DNA of 64,000 bases from Alphaproteobacteria bacterium (GTDB lineage: Bacteria > Pseudomonadota > Alphaproteobacteria > UBA6615), in assembly GCA_965261975.1 (NCBI GenBank), contig CBDHEC010000047.1:64001-128000 (forward strand), written 5' to 3'. The notes under the pieces were generated by a model. The model worked only from the letters and a program-made list of their open reading frames with translations. It ran no database searches and was not told where the DNA came from. Shown piece after piece: positions 23,040-31,689 of this stretch. Positions within the stretch are counted from its first letter, which is position 1. Every line of letters begins with the position of its first letter. A program made the translations under genes and the position numbers.

Positions 23040-23726
23040 ATGACCATTCACCACCACCCCGACGATGAACTGCTCGTTGCCTATGCCGCCGGCGAACTCG
23101 ACGAGGCATGGTCGCTCCTGATCGCCACCCACCTGGCCTTGTGTCCTGACTGCCGTGCTCAGGTGCGCGCGGCGGAGAGCGTTGGTGCGGCTCTGCTTGA
23201 GGACATCGCCGCTGACGAACTGTCGGGAATGGCCGACGATGCGCTGGAGAAGACTCTGGCGCTTGCGACAGACCCCGCGGTGCATCCGGCCGATGAGAAG
23301 CACGTCGCATCAGCGCCTGTTTCCGGAGATCCGGGCGGTGTCCCCGTCCTGCCACAGCCGCTGCGCGACTATGCGGGCGACGATGTGGACGGGCTCAAAT
23401 GGCGGCGCCTCGGGTCGAGCGCGTTCCACATCCCGCTGGTTGCCCGGCGCGGTGCGCCGACTGCGCGGCTGCTTCGCATTCCTGCCGGCACCGCGGTGCC
23501 CGAGCATGGCCATAACGAGCTGGAGCTGACGATGGTCCTGGCGGGCAGCTTTGTCGATGCCGATGCACGGTTCGCGCGTGGCGACGTTGAGACCGCCGAC
23601 ACTGATGTGGAGCATCAGCCCGTGGCCGAGGCGGGCACCGATTGTATCTGCCTCGCTGTGACCGACGCGCCGCTCCGCTTCCGCGGTCCCATTGCACGTC
23701 TGGTGCAGCCGTTTATCGGTATCTGA
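23040..23726 (+). CDS. chrR: ChrR anti-sigma factor
   Basis: ZAS motif HLALCPDC and C-terminal cupin (PEHGH, E, HQP, CICL). Confidence 0.93.
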   Translation: MTIHHHPDDELLVAYAAGELDEAWSLLIATHLALCPDCRAQVRAAESVGAALLEDIAADELSGMADDALEKTLALATDPAVHPADEKHVASAPVSGDPGGVPVLPQPLRDYAGDDVDGLKWRRLGSSAFHIPLVARRGAPTARLLRIPAGTAVPEHGHNELELTMVLAGSFVDADARFARGDVETADTDVEHQPVAEAGTDCICLAVTDAPLRFRGPIARLVQPFIGI

Positions 23727-23802
23727 CGCCGCCGCTTTGCCATCGAACAGGCTGGCGCAGAAGCCGCGCTGGGGCTAATTAGGGGCGCACGTCGCGTGGC
23801 GG

Positions 23803-23879
23803 GCGCTCGTAGCTCAGTCGGATAGAGCGCGGGATTCCTAATCCCGAGGTCGCAGGTTCGATTCCTGCCGGGCGCACCA
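23803..23879 (+). tRNA. tRNA-Arg (anticodon CCT)
   Basis: 77-nt cloverleaf: acceptor GCGCTCG/CGGGCGC, anticodon arm CGGGA-TTCCTAA-TCCCG, GTTCGATT T-loop, CCA end. Confidence 0.97.
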
Positions 23880-23884
23880 CGCGA
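23831..23884 (+). repeat. attL core (3' part of tRNA-Arg)
   Basis: GGGATTCCTAATCCCGAGGTCGCAGGTTCGATTCCTGCCGGGCGCACCACGCGA; matches 59076-59129 with 1 mismatch. Confidence 0.95.
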
Positions 23885-24047
23885 CGCTGCGACATAGTAC
23901 GATTATATCTAGATATCCGCGGTTCTTGGAGATCTCTCTATCCCCGGACCGTACTCTGCAGCATCGCTTCGTACCACTTGCTACGAGATAGAACCGTTGC
24001 TAGACCGTTGCTGTGTGTTTCGGTTTTGGTGAATTGGATGGCGAACA

Positions 24048-25229
24048 ATGCGCGGAAAAGTAACGAAAACATCGGTGGAGAGGATCAAACCAAGCACCCG
24101 AGACCAGTTTTTGTGGGACAGCGAGGTTAAAGGGTTCGGTACGAAAGTTACTCCGAAAGGCCGCCGGGTCTATCTCGTCCAGTACTGGAAGGACGGGCGA
24201 ACGCGTCGGGTAACGATCGGCGAGCATGGCATCTTCACGGCAGACGAAGCGCGAAGAAGAGCTGTTTCTCTCAAGGGAAGATTGGCCGATGGCCATGACC
24301 CCGCGCTGGAGAAACGCCACGCAAAGATGGCATCGGTTAGATCTCGTGTTTTCGATGATGTGATGAGGGAATTCATTGAACGAGACCAGAAACCACGTAA
24401 CAGGACCTGGAGGCAGGTTGAACGGCGATTGGAAAACCATGTGTTGCCGAGATGGTCAGGATTGGAGCTCGATCAGATATCTCGGCTACACGTTATTGAT
24501 CTGCTCGACGCTCTTGACGGTGAGGGACTGAGCGGCGGAGCAAATCGGGTCCTTGCTGCTATTAGACGGTTGTTCAACTGGTCGGTCGAAGTAGGGATTA
24601 TGGAAAACTCTCCTGCTGTGGGGGTGAAGCCGCGCCAAAGAGAGAAGGAACGCGAGCGAGTTCTTTCGAACGACGAAGTCCGATCGATCTTGCTCACAAG
24701 CCGGGATACAGGTGGGCCATTCGGTGCGTTCTTCCAGATCCTACTATTGACAGGTCAAAGGCGCTCGGAGGTCGCGAATATGACTTGGTCAGATCTCGAC
24801 TTGGACGCCGCAGTTTGGAATTTGCCAGGGGATGCGACGAAGGCCGGTCGTACACACCAAGTGCCTCTATCTGATGACGCGCTGAGGATTCTGGCTTCCA
24901 CGTCGCGTGGGAAGCGCGGTGACTATGTTTTGAGCACGACCGGCGGGAAATCCCCGATATCAGGGTTCTCGAAATCGAAGGCTAAACTCGTAAGGGATTC
25001 AGCAGAACTTGAGGGCTCTGTCGGCCTGACAAATGACTGGCGCATTCACGATATTCGAAGAACCGTGGCGACGGGTTTGGCCGAAAAAGGAGTGCCGGTT
25101 CATACGATCTCGAGAATTCTGAACCATGCCGAAGGAGGTGTAACTCGTCTCTACGACCGGCATAGCTATCTCATGGAGAAGCGCGAGGCTTTAGATATCT
25201 GGTCTGAACATCTTCGTTCTCTATCCTAG
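24048..25229 (+). CDS. Tyrosine integrase with N-terminal arm-binding domain
   Basis: Intact catalytic set: TGQRRSE, TKAGR, HDIRR, LNH, YDRH; LWDSEVKGFG arm domain. Confidence 0.95.
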   Translation: MRGKVTKTSVERIKPSTRDQFLWDSEVKGFGTKVTPKGRRVYLVQYWKDGRTRRVTIGEHGIFTADEARRRAVSLKGRLADGHDPALEKRHAKMASVRSRVFDDVMREFIERDQKPRNRTWRQVERRLENHVLPRWSGLELDQISRLHVIDLLDALDGEGLSGGANRVLAAIRRLFNWSVEVGIMENSPAVGVKPRQREKERERVLSNDEVRSILLTSRDTGGPFGAFFQILLLTGQRRSEVANMTWSDLDLDAAVWNLPGDATKAGRTHQVPLSDDALRILASTSRGKRGDYVLSTTGGKSPISGFSKSKAKLVRDSAELEGSVGLTNDWRIHDIRRTVATGLAEKGVPVHTISRILNHAEGGVTRLYDRHSYLMEKREALDIWSEHLRSLS

Positions 25230-25377
25230 TCGTTTGTCTGTTCTTGAGAGACATGGGGACAATGAAATTTTGGGTCGTTGGGCTTCGTTCGAATCGGGTT
25301 GAGTGCACAATTGCTTGGACGCGGCTCCTGGTTTCCGGGTGCGCGCTTCCGACCACTCGTGAAGCTGAGACATCCAC

Positions 25378-26028
25378 ATGACGGGCCGCAGTGAATATCC
25401 TTCTGATTCGTTCTCCTTGGTGGACGCTTTTCGACAGTTTGCAGAGGAGGGCATGCTCGAATCATTCGATCGTGCGACCGCAGAAGTGAATGCTGCAGAA
25501 CCAGTCGTCCGAATTGTCGATAGCTGGGTCTCTGGGCCTAAGCCTCGAGTTGATCAACAAAAACGCCGCGCAGCTTTAGCCAAACGGAAGCGTATTTGGA
25601 GTCAACTGGAGAGATACATTCGGGATCAGCTGCAAACCGGAAATTTGGCCGCTGTTGGGCGCCGTCATATGCCCGACGGCCCGTTGGTGGATATCTCTGC
25701 TGACTGGAAATCTATGCGGCTCAACCCTTTAAATGAGACTGTTAGTTGGCGAGGTAAGCCTCTGTATTTCGGGGTTCGGATCAGGAGGCCCGAACTCTCC
25801 GCGCAAACGGTCACAGCCCGTAACGAGTTTGCAGCAGATCGGTGGCTTCGAGAGATCTGCGGCGACGAGGGTGCGGCGACAAGAAACAAGGGCTTCTATA
25901 TTGAGCAGATGATCGATTTCACCGGTGTCAGCAGGAAAGGAGCTGAGAGGGTTTGGAAAAAGGTGATGGGTGACTACCCGGATTTTATGAAGCCTGGTCC
26001 CAAGCCACTTGATCGACGTACGAATTAA
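25378..26028 (+). CDS. Hypothetical island-core protein (possible DNA-binding regulator)
   Basis: 216-aa ORF between the integrase and the AlpA-like gene; basic C-terminus RKGAERVWKK...KPGPKP. Confidence 0.65.
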   Translation: MTGRSEYPSDSFSLVDAFRQFAEEGMLESFDRATAEVNAAEPVVRIVDSWVSGPKPRVDQQKRRAALAKRKRIWSQLERYIRDQLQTGNLAAVGRRHMPDGPLVDISADWKSMRLNPLNETVSWRGKPLYFGVRIRRPELSAQTVTARNEFAADRWLREICGDEGAATRNKGFYIEQMIDFTGVSRKGAERVWKKVMGDYPDFMKPGPKPLDRRTN

Positions 26029-26119
26029 TTCCGGCCCCCCAACTAGTTCGGTACCCCTATAACGCAAGGTAAGGTTCAGTGAACATCCGCTTCCACCTAC
26101 AAACACGGAGGAGCGGACA

Positions 26120-26476
26120 GTGGACCCAACTACGGAAACCTCGCATCGTCAAAGTGCTGACGAAGAGCCCTCCGGTCGGCCGATACCAGAGCTAGAGGGC
26201 GCCCTCCTTACTACAGCTGAATCTGCTTACCTCTTGGGCTTATCGAAACGAAGCCTTGAAGCGCTGCGAGTTCGCGGTGGTGGGCCAGTGTTTGTTGTTC
26301 TGGGACGAAGAGCGGTCAGGTACAGGCGATCAGATATCGTCGCGTGGGTTGATGAACGCAGATACTCAAGCACCAGTGATATTCGAGCTAAGAGACCGGT
26401 GCCTCAGAGCTCGTTCGATCAGACGAAATCTCATTGCGGAGGTCGTTCGTCCGTCGGCCGCTTGGGCGTGAGCTAA
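26120..26476 (+). CDS. AlpA/excisionase-like HTH protein
   Basis: LLTTAESAYLLGLSKRSLEALRVRGGGPVFVVLGRRAVRYRRSDIVAW; GGAGGAG RBS. Confidence 0.85.
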   Translation: MDPTTETSHRQSADEEPSGRPIPELEGALLTTAESAYLLGLSKRSLEALRVRGGGPVFVVLGRRAVRYRRSDIVAWVDERRYSSTSDIRAKRPVPQSSFDQTKSHCGGRSSVGRLGVS

Positions 26477-27256
26477 ATGGCTCCGCGCAAGCCGGTGATT
26501 GGGAATTCTGAGCTCTACGGCGCCGGCGCGATTCTGCGACTAATGGGGTGTGCTGCTGCTGACAGTCGGCTGACCAATCACCAACTCCGCGTGTTCAATA
26601 CGGTGGTGAGTTTCTCTGACTTCGAAAGTGCGGAATGCTGGCCTTCTCTCTCCACTGTCGGAGATATTTTGGGGAGTCCGCGTCAATCAGTGCAGCGATC
26701 AATGCGAAAGCTGGAGTCCTTAGGCTACGTATTTCGCCAGCGGCAACACCATCGTAATGGTGGTTACAAATCCAACCGCTATCACCCGAACACCTCGCTT
26801 GCGAATGTTCATGGGAGGGTAGTGGTTCCGATCGGGATCGATGGTTTCAGCTTCGGTAGTGCGTCCTACCCCATGCCGCCGGCAGTCGATGCAGGGGTTG
26901 CACCCAATGAGGGAGGCAAGGGAGGCACCCTCCAGGGGGATGCACAAAGAGAACATTTAAGAAATCAGAAGAAGCTTCCGACTATCCCCGATGCCGTATC
27001 TTCCAAAGACGAATTTCTGATCGAAAAACAGAAGGCAAAAGAGCTGTGGTTGTCGATCGAGAGCGATCTCAGATTAAGTTTAGGCGACAGTGACTTTAAC
27101 ACTTGGCTGAGTTCGGAGTTGGTCGAGCCCGTTTTCTATGACGGTCAGTGCTTGGTGTTGAAGGCAGTAAACCATTTCACCAAGAAGTGGATCGTCGAAA
27201 ATCACCTGGCCGCTATCGAAGAGAACCTCGATTGCGAGGTGAGTGTTCGCGTATAG
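26477..27256 (+). CDS. Putative replication initiator: N-terminal wHTH plus C-terminal DnaA domain-I-like module
   Basis: CWPSLSTVGDILGSPRQSVQRSMRKLESLGYV...SNRY (phage-rep-type HTH); LWLSIESDLRLSLGDSDFNTWL...LVLKAVNHFTKKWIVENHLAAI (DnaA_N-like). Confidence 0.75.
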   Translation: MAPRKPVIGNSELYGAGAILRLMGCAAADSRLTNHQLRVFNTVVSFSDFESAECWPSLSTVGDILGSPRQSVQRSMRKLESLGYVFRQRQHHRNGGYKSNRYHPNTSLANVHGRVVVPIGIDGFSFGSASYPMPPAVDAGVAPNEGGKGGTLQGDAQREHLRNQKKLPTIPDAVSSKDEFLIEKQKAKELWLSIESDLRLSLGDSDFNTWLSSELVEPVFYDGQCLVLKAVNHFTKKWIVENHLAAIEENLDCEVSVRV

Positions 27257-27690
27257 ACCGCAATTGCTTGGCAAAAGCTGAACTGAGCTGCTCAGCTAAA
27301 CTGGAACTACTGAGGGGTCGTCGGGTTGGTTAGCGGGTCCTTCCTGGAGATCGCTCTACCACGGGTTACGCAGCACCGCGGTGAGCCGGAGTTTTTGCGA
27401 CGCATGATCACCGTAGAACTTCATTCTCTATTATGCTTAAGCGACAACACAGCCGAATATCTCCAATCCGCGATAAACCCTCATTATCAGAGATCAAGTC
27501 TTCGCTAACGAGCGAGTTCGGTGTTGAACCGCAGTCGAATTCCCCGCTTCCTCGTCATGTGCGGAATTCAGAGCGTTCAACCTCAAACTCATGACGGCCC
27601 AGTTCTGACTTTTCACCAGTATGTGAGCGGCTCCAACCGTGATGCTGGCCTATAGTTCGCTTCGAATATCCCCACTATTCCGAGGTTTGC

Positions 27691-28317
27691 GTGTCGATTA
27701 GAACAGGATCTTCTTTCCGGACAGTGTTTCGCTTTTTCTTGGGGCTCATATGTTTGGTGCTCATCCTTACCGCGGCACCAGAAGCGGTCGCTGACGAGTT
27801 CCTCGAAGGTCAAATAGCCGCGCACGATGGTAATCATGAGGCCGCGTTGCGCGCCTGGTTACCGCTCGCCCGTGACGGGCATGTCAAAGCGCAATACGCC
27901 GTCGGTTCGCTCTTCGCCGAAGGCCGGGGAACGACGCAGGATCTGAGCACGGCATTCGATTGGTGGTTGCAGGCCGCAACGCAGTCGCACGTGCGGGCTC
28001 AGTTCAATGTCGCCGCCATGTACAAGAATGGGGTGGGGGTTGGTCAGAACGAGGTGGAGGCTGCGCGGTGGATTTCTGCGGCGGCAAACCTGGGCGATCG
28101 TGACTCGCAGGTTCAGCTCAGCCAATTCTATCGAGATGGTTTTGGCGTTGGCCAGAATCCCGTCACGGCATACATGTGGCTCGAGATTGCGCGACTCGGT
28201 GGTCATCCTTCGATCGCGAAAGCGTTGAAGGCGAGCGCTTCTCTGTTGTCGGAAGAGCAGATCATCGAGGCTCAGAAACGCGCGGTGTCATGGCTCGAGC
28301 GCAAGAGCGTCGACTAG
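27691..28317 (+). CDS. Sel1-repeat secreted protein
   Basis: Signal peptide; repeats AQYAVGSLFAEGRG, AQFNVAAMYKNGVGV, YRDGFGVGQNPVTAYMW. Confidence 0.88.
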   Translation: MSIRTGSSFRTVFRFFLGLICLVLILTAAPEAVADEFLEGQIAAHDGNHEAALRAWLPLARDGHVKAQYAVGSLFAEGRGTTQDLSTAFDWWLQAATQSHVRAQFNVAAMYKNGVGVGQNEVEAARWISAAANLGDRDSQVQLSQFYRDGFGVGQNPVTAYMWLEIARLGGHPSIAKALKASASLLSEEQIIEAQKRAVSWLERKSVD

Positions 28318-28500
28318 ATCGTTTTTGCCGGTCACAGCCATGGGCGCTGCATTTGTCCGTCTGACTCTCTGCTTCAACAATTTTCAATGAACATGGTCGG
28401 CGAAGCCATTCGTTCCTGCTTCGCAAGTGCGGTGCGGCGCATCCGCCCTTGATGATATATCGAGATCAGGTGTCCCTAGGCCGGAGCGAAAATTTGCGTA
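28260..28500 (+). repeat. 241-bp direct repeat, copy 1
   Basis: Ungapped match to 31449-31689 (offset 3189), about 11 mismatches by manual count. Confidence 0.95.
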
Positions 28501-28810
28501 CTTTGAGCACAGATAGACCTCAAAGAATTGATCTAACTTTTGAGCAGAGGGGAATCAGAGCACAAGGTCAAATGGGTCACTTGGTGCAAAACTCTAATTT
28601 TACCCTCAGAATGAATTCTGCAGATCTCACTTCGGGGCAATGCGCCACGGCTGTCACGGTAAGTGCCCGTGGAAGAGAGTGGGCCGAATTCTGGAGGAAG
28701 AGGTGCAGCACGGCACAGTTTGACGCGTTCTGTTTAGTTGTTGATCGATCACAACGTCAGGGCAAGCCCATGATCAATTGGCATCCGAGCGAGTGCGGAT
28801 GGGGAGTGGC

Positions 28811-29968
28811 TTAAAACACGATCAGAAGGCTGGTCGCGTACATGATCACGACGCCACCGGCGAAGCCCGCCAACCCAATAGACCATGACGTATCGGCGGG
28901 ATGCTTGGAGTTCAACTTGAGCATGTATCGGCCAATCTCCACGATGACCTGCAGGATGGCGCCGGCGCCGATGCTGAGCAGCAGCGCGGTCCAGTGCGGT
29001 GCGGTGGCGAAGGCGCCAGCCCACGTGCCGAGGATCGCCGGCGCTCCAGCGAGCGTAGTAAGTCCTACGAACAGCCGAAATCGCGGCTTTAAGCCGACCA
29101 GTAACACTGCGATGCAGATGCCCTCAGTTATGTTGTGCAGCGTGAAGCCTGCTATGAGGAACGAGCCTAGTGCCGCCTCGCCAGCCGTGAATGCCGCGCC
29201 AATGGCGAGCCCTTCGCCGAAATTGTGTAACCCGATCCCTGCTGCGATGAAGGTCGCCAGTGCGTCCTTTTCTGGTGCACTGCCACTGCGATTGCTGGCG
29301 ACCAAGAGCGTGGCCAAGCTCGCGAGTGTCGCAAGCCAGACGAGCTGCAGGCTGCGCAGACCCGGTGCGGCGCGGTTGGCGAGTTCGAGCGCTTCGTTGA
29401 GTGTGTCGATCAGCAGGAATGCGAGCAGACCGACCGTCAGGGAGAGCAGGAAGGTCATGCCCGTCTGGCCGAATCGTTGCAGCAGCGGAAAGAACATCAT
29501 GCCGAGTGCTACCGGCAGGACACCCACGAACACACCTAGCAGTCCGAAGTTCGCCAACTGGGCAAGCCCGAATACCGGCGTCGACCGGGATACTTCGATC
29601 ACGTGATCAAAGGTCAGTCCCGACCGGGTGACGAGTGTTATCCGATGCGTTTCGTTTTCTATCCAGGGGTAGGGAATGCGAATCTTCGCCTTACCGAGAT
29701 TGTCGACCGGTTTGGGCGGTTCTTGCTTGAACCGCCAATAAGCGCCATCGACCTGTATCTGGGCAATCTCGACCGGCATCGGCCCCATGGCACGAACCTC
29801 TAGGGTAACACCGCGATCATCGAGGATAGTGCGTTCAACCGTTAGATGCTCCGATGGCGGCGCATTGGATTCGAGCGGTGCTAACGGGTTCGTGAACACG
29901 AACGCGACCAGTATCAGCCCGAGAAGCGACAGTGGTGCGATCGCGTATATTGCCTTGCGGCTCATCAC
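28811..29968 (-). CDS. ZIP-family metal transporter with extra N-terminal soluble domain
   Basis: GIGLHNFGEGLAIG and GFTLHNITEG ZIP signatures. Confidence 0.9.
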   Translation of the reverse strand: MMSRKAIYAIAPLSLLGLILVAFVFTNPLAPLESNAPPSEHLTVERTILDDRGVTLEVRAMGPMPVEIAQIQVDGAYWRFKQEPPKPVDNLGKAKIRIPYPWIENETHRITLVTRSGLTFDHVIEVSRSTPVFGLAQLANFGLLGVFVGVLPVALGMMFFPLLQRFGQTGMTFLLSLTVGLLAFLLIDTLNEALELANRAAPGLRSLQLVWLATLASLATLLVASNRSGSAPEKDALATFIAAGIGLHNFGEGLAIGAAFTAGEAALGSFLIAGFTLHNITEGICIAVLLVGLKPRFRLFVGLTTLAGAPAILGTWAGAFATAPHWTALLLSIGAGAILQVIVEIGRYMLKLNSKHPADTSWSIGLAGFAGGVVIMYATSLLIVF

Positions 29969-31053
29969 GCCACCTCGAAGAAGCCCATCCAGCCGAGCTC
30001 TGCAAACTCGCTCTGATGAGCATGAAACATGTACATGCCGGGCTCGTGATCGGCGAACGTGAACTCAAGAATGCCGCGCTGTCCCTGGCACTGCATTACG
30101 GTGTCGATCGTGCGCGATGTGGGCTCAAGTGTCGTGCCGGCATCGTAGTAATCAAAGAAGTTTGCGTGCAAATGGAACGAGTTAATCGGGTCGAACTCGG
30201 TCACATTGACGAGATAAATACGTACCGGACGCGTGCGGTCGATCCGGATTGGTTGTTTCGAGAAGGCATGCGCGATCGAGTTGACGGCGTAGACCTCGTT
30301 CTCATCGTCGAAATTCGTATCGAAGCCATTCATGACCATCACGAATTCCTGCCAAGCTGCATTTTCTGATGCGCCTAGCCTGCGGCTCCGAGCCACTTCA
30401 GCTTCTTCCGGGTGCCGTGCCGGATCAGGATCGACGATGAAGGCGCCATAGAGCCCTTTGTGAATGTGTCGTTTTAGCGGCACGGAGTGGCAGTGGTAGA
30501 GATGACAGCCGAACGGGAATGCGTCGAACTCGTAGACGAAGTTTTCGCCGGGATAGATCTCGCCAGCGCCTGGAATTCCGTCCATGCGCGCGCTGTGGAT
30601 TCCGTGAAAATGCATCGTGTGCGGGTGGCTACCGGCATTGCTGAATCTGATCCGTATACGATCGCCTTCGCCAACCCGCAATGTCGGCCCCGGCACTCGG
30701 CCATTATATGTCCAGGCGGGGAAGAACACGCGCGGCGCGATCTCGATCTCCCGATCGATGGCGACCACGTCGAACTCGCGCAGGGTTCTTCCGTCAGGAA
30801 GTGTCGATGCCTTGCCTTCGTCCCAGTCCGTCAGCATCGCAGTCGGATCGAAGCCGTTGCGGTCGTGACCGACCTGACCGACAGTCGTCATGACACCTTC
30901 GTGGTTCCGATTATTCTGATTACGCTCGATTGTGCCAGCACCTTCGGCGTGACGTCCGAAGAACAGCCCAATGCTGCCAAAAACACTACCGCCCAATAGG
31001 CGGCGTCTGTTCATCAGAAAATTTAGCGACCGCGGCATGTTTCCTCTGGCCAT
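29965..31053 (-). CDS. Two-domain multicopper oxidase, Tat-exported
   Basis: NRRRLL Tat motif; HTMHFH, YHCH-x6-H-x4-L, SFHLH, MFHAH. Confidence 0.88.
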   Translation of the reverse strand: MARGNMPRSLNFLMNRRRLLGGSVFGSIGLFFGRHAEGAGTIERNQNNRNHEGVMTTVGQVGHDRNGFDPTAMLTDWDEGKASTLPDGRTLREFDVVAIDREIEIAPRVFFPAWTYNGRVPGPTLRVGEGDRIRIRFSNAGSHPHTMHFHGIHSARMDGIPGAGEIYPGENFVYEFDAFPFGCHLYHCHSVPLKRHIHKGLYGAFIVDPDPARHPEEAEVARSRRLGASENAAWQEFVMVMNGFDTNFDDENEVYAVNSIAHAFSKQPIRIDRTRPVRIYLVNVTEFDPINSFHLHANFFDYYDAGTTLEPTSRTIDTVMQCQGQRGILEFTFADHEPGMYMFHAHQSEFAELGWMGFFEVA

Positions 31054-31087
31054 CGTGGGAGCATCGTCCTGATATGTATATGCTAAA

Positions 31088-31109
31088 AAAATTAGCTAAG
31101 GCTACATTC
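31088..31109. promoter_or_regulatory. MntR/DtxR-like operator upstream of MCO-ZIP
   Basis: AAAATTAGC-TAAG-GCTACATTC; TAGC-N4-GCTA dyad in an AT-rich promoter zone. Confidence 0.5.
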
Positions 31110-31361
31110 TTAGTGTGGAGAAATCGAAAGCGCTGGGCATCGCCAAGTGAACATCCTTGGCGAAAGCCATGAGATTTGGGCGGCGATTTATGCTCTTCCG
31201 GAACCGTTCACTTTCAGGGTTCTGTTCGTTCCGCGGGATCACTAGCCAACGGAACTTGCCTTGTGCGCATCGCCTGGCTCCGGACGGTCAGGCCTCTCTC
31301 CGTGATGCCGATTCGTCCGCTGCGCGCGGCTGTATTTGCAATCTCCATAGGGAGAAGAACA

Positions 31362-31449
31362 ATGGCTGAAAAGCTCACGACGAGACTGCTGTCTGGTTTA
31401 TGCCGGCCCCTTGGGTCAGCGCCGCAAACCTGGGGATCGTGATTCGCGG
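31362..31449 (+). pseudogene. Possible 5' stub of a second tyrosine integrase
   Basis: GGAG RBS, then MAEKLTTRLLSGLCRPLGSAPQTW and, after a 1-nt shift, DRDSR; resembles arm-domain 'KLT...WD' N-termini. Confidence 0.4.
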
Positions 31450-31689
31450 ATCATCGAGGCTCAGAAACGCGCGGTGTCATGGCTCGAGCGTAAGAGCGCC
31501 GACTAGATCGTTTTTGCCGGTCACAGCCATGGGCGCTGCATTTGTCCGTCTGACTCTCTGCTTCAACAATTTTCAATGAACATGGTCGGCGATGCCATTC
31601 GTTCCTGATCCGCAAGTGCGTTGCGGCGCATCCACCCTTGCAGATATACCAAGATCAGGTGTCCCTAGGCCGGAGCGAAAATTTGCGTA
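31449..31689 (+). repeat. 241-bp direct repeat, copy 2
   Basis: Contains the last 58 nt of a sel1-like gene and ends on the A of the amidase ATG. Confidence 0.95.

Noticed and set aside
28449-28814. 121-aa ORF sharing its N-terminus with the extended amidase ORF
   Set aside because: Artefact of the 241-bp repeat; the shared part is amidase upstream sequence and the rest has no protein-like features
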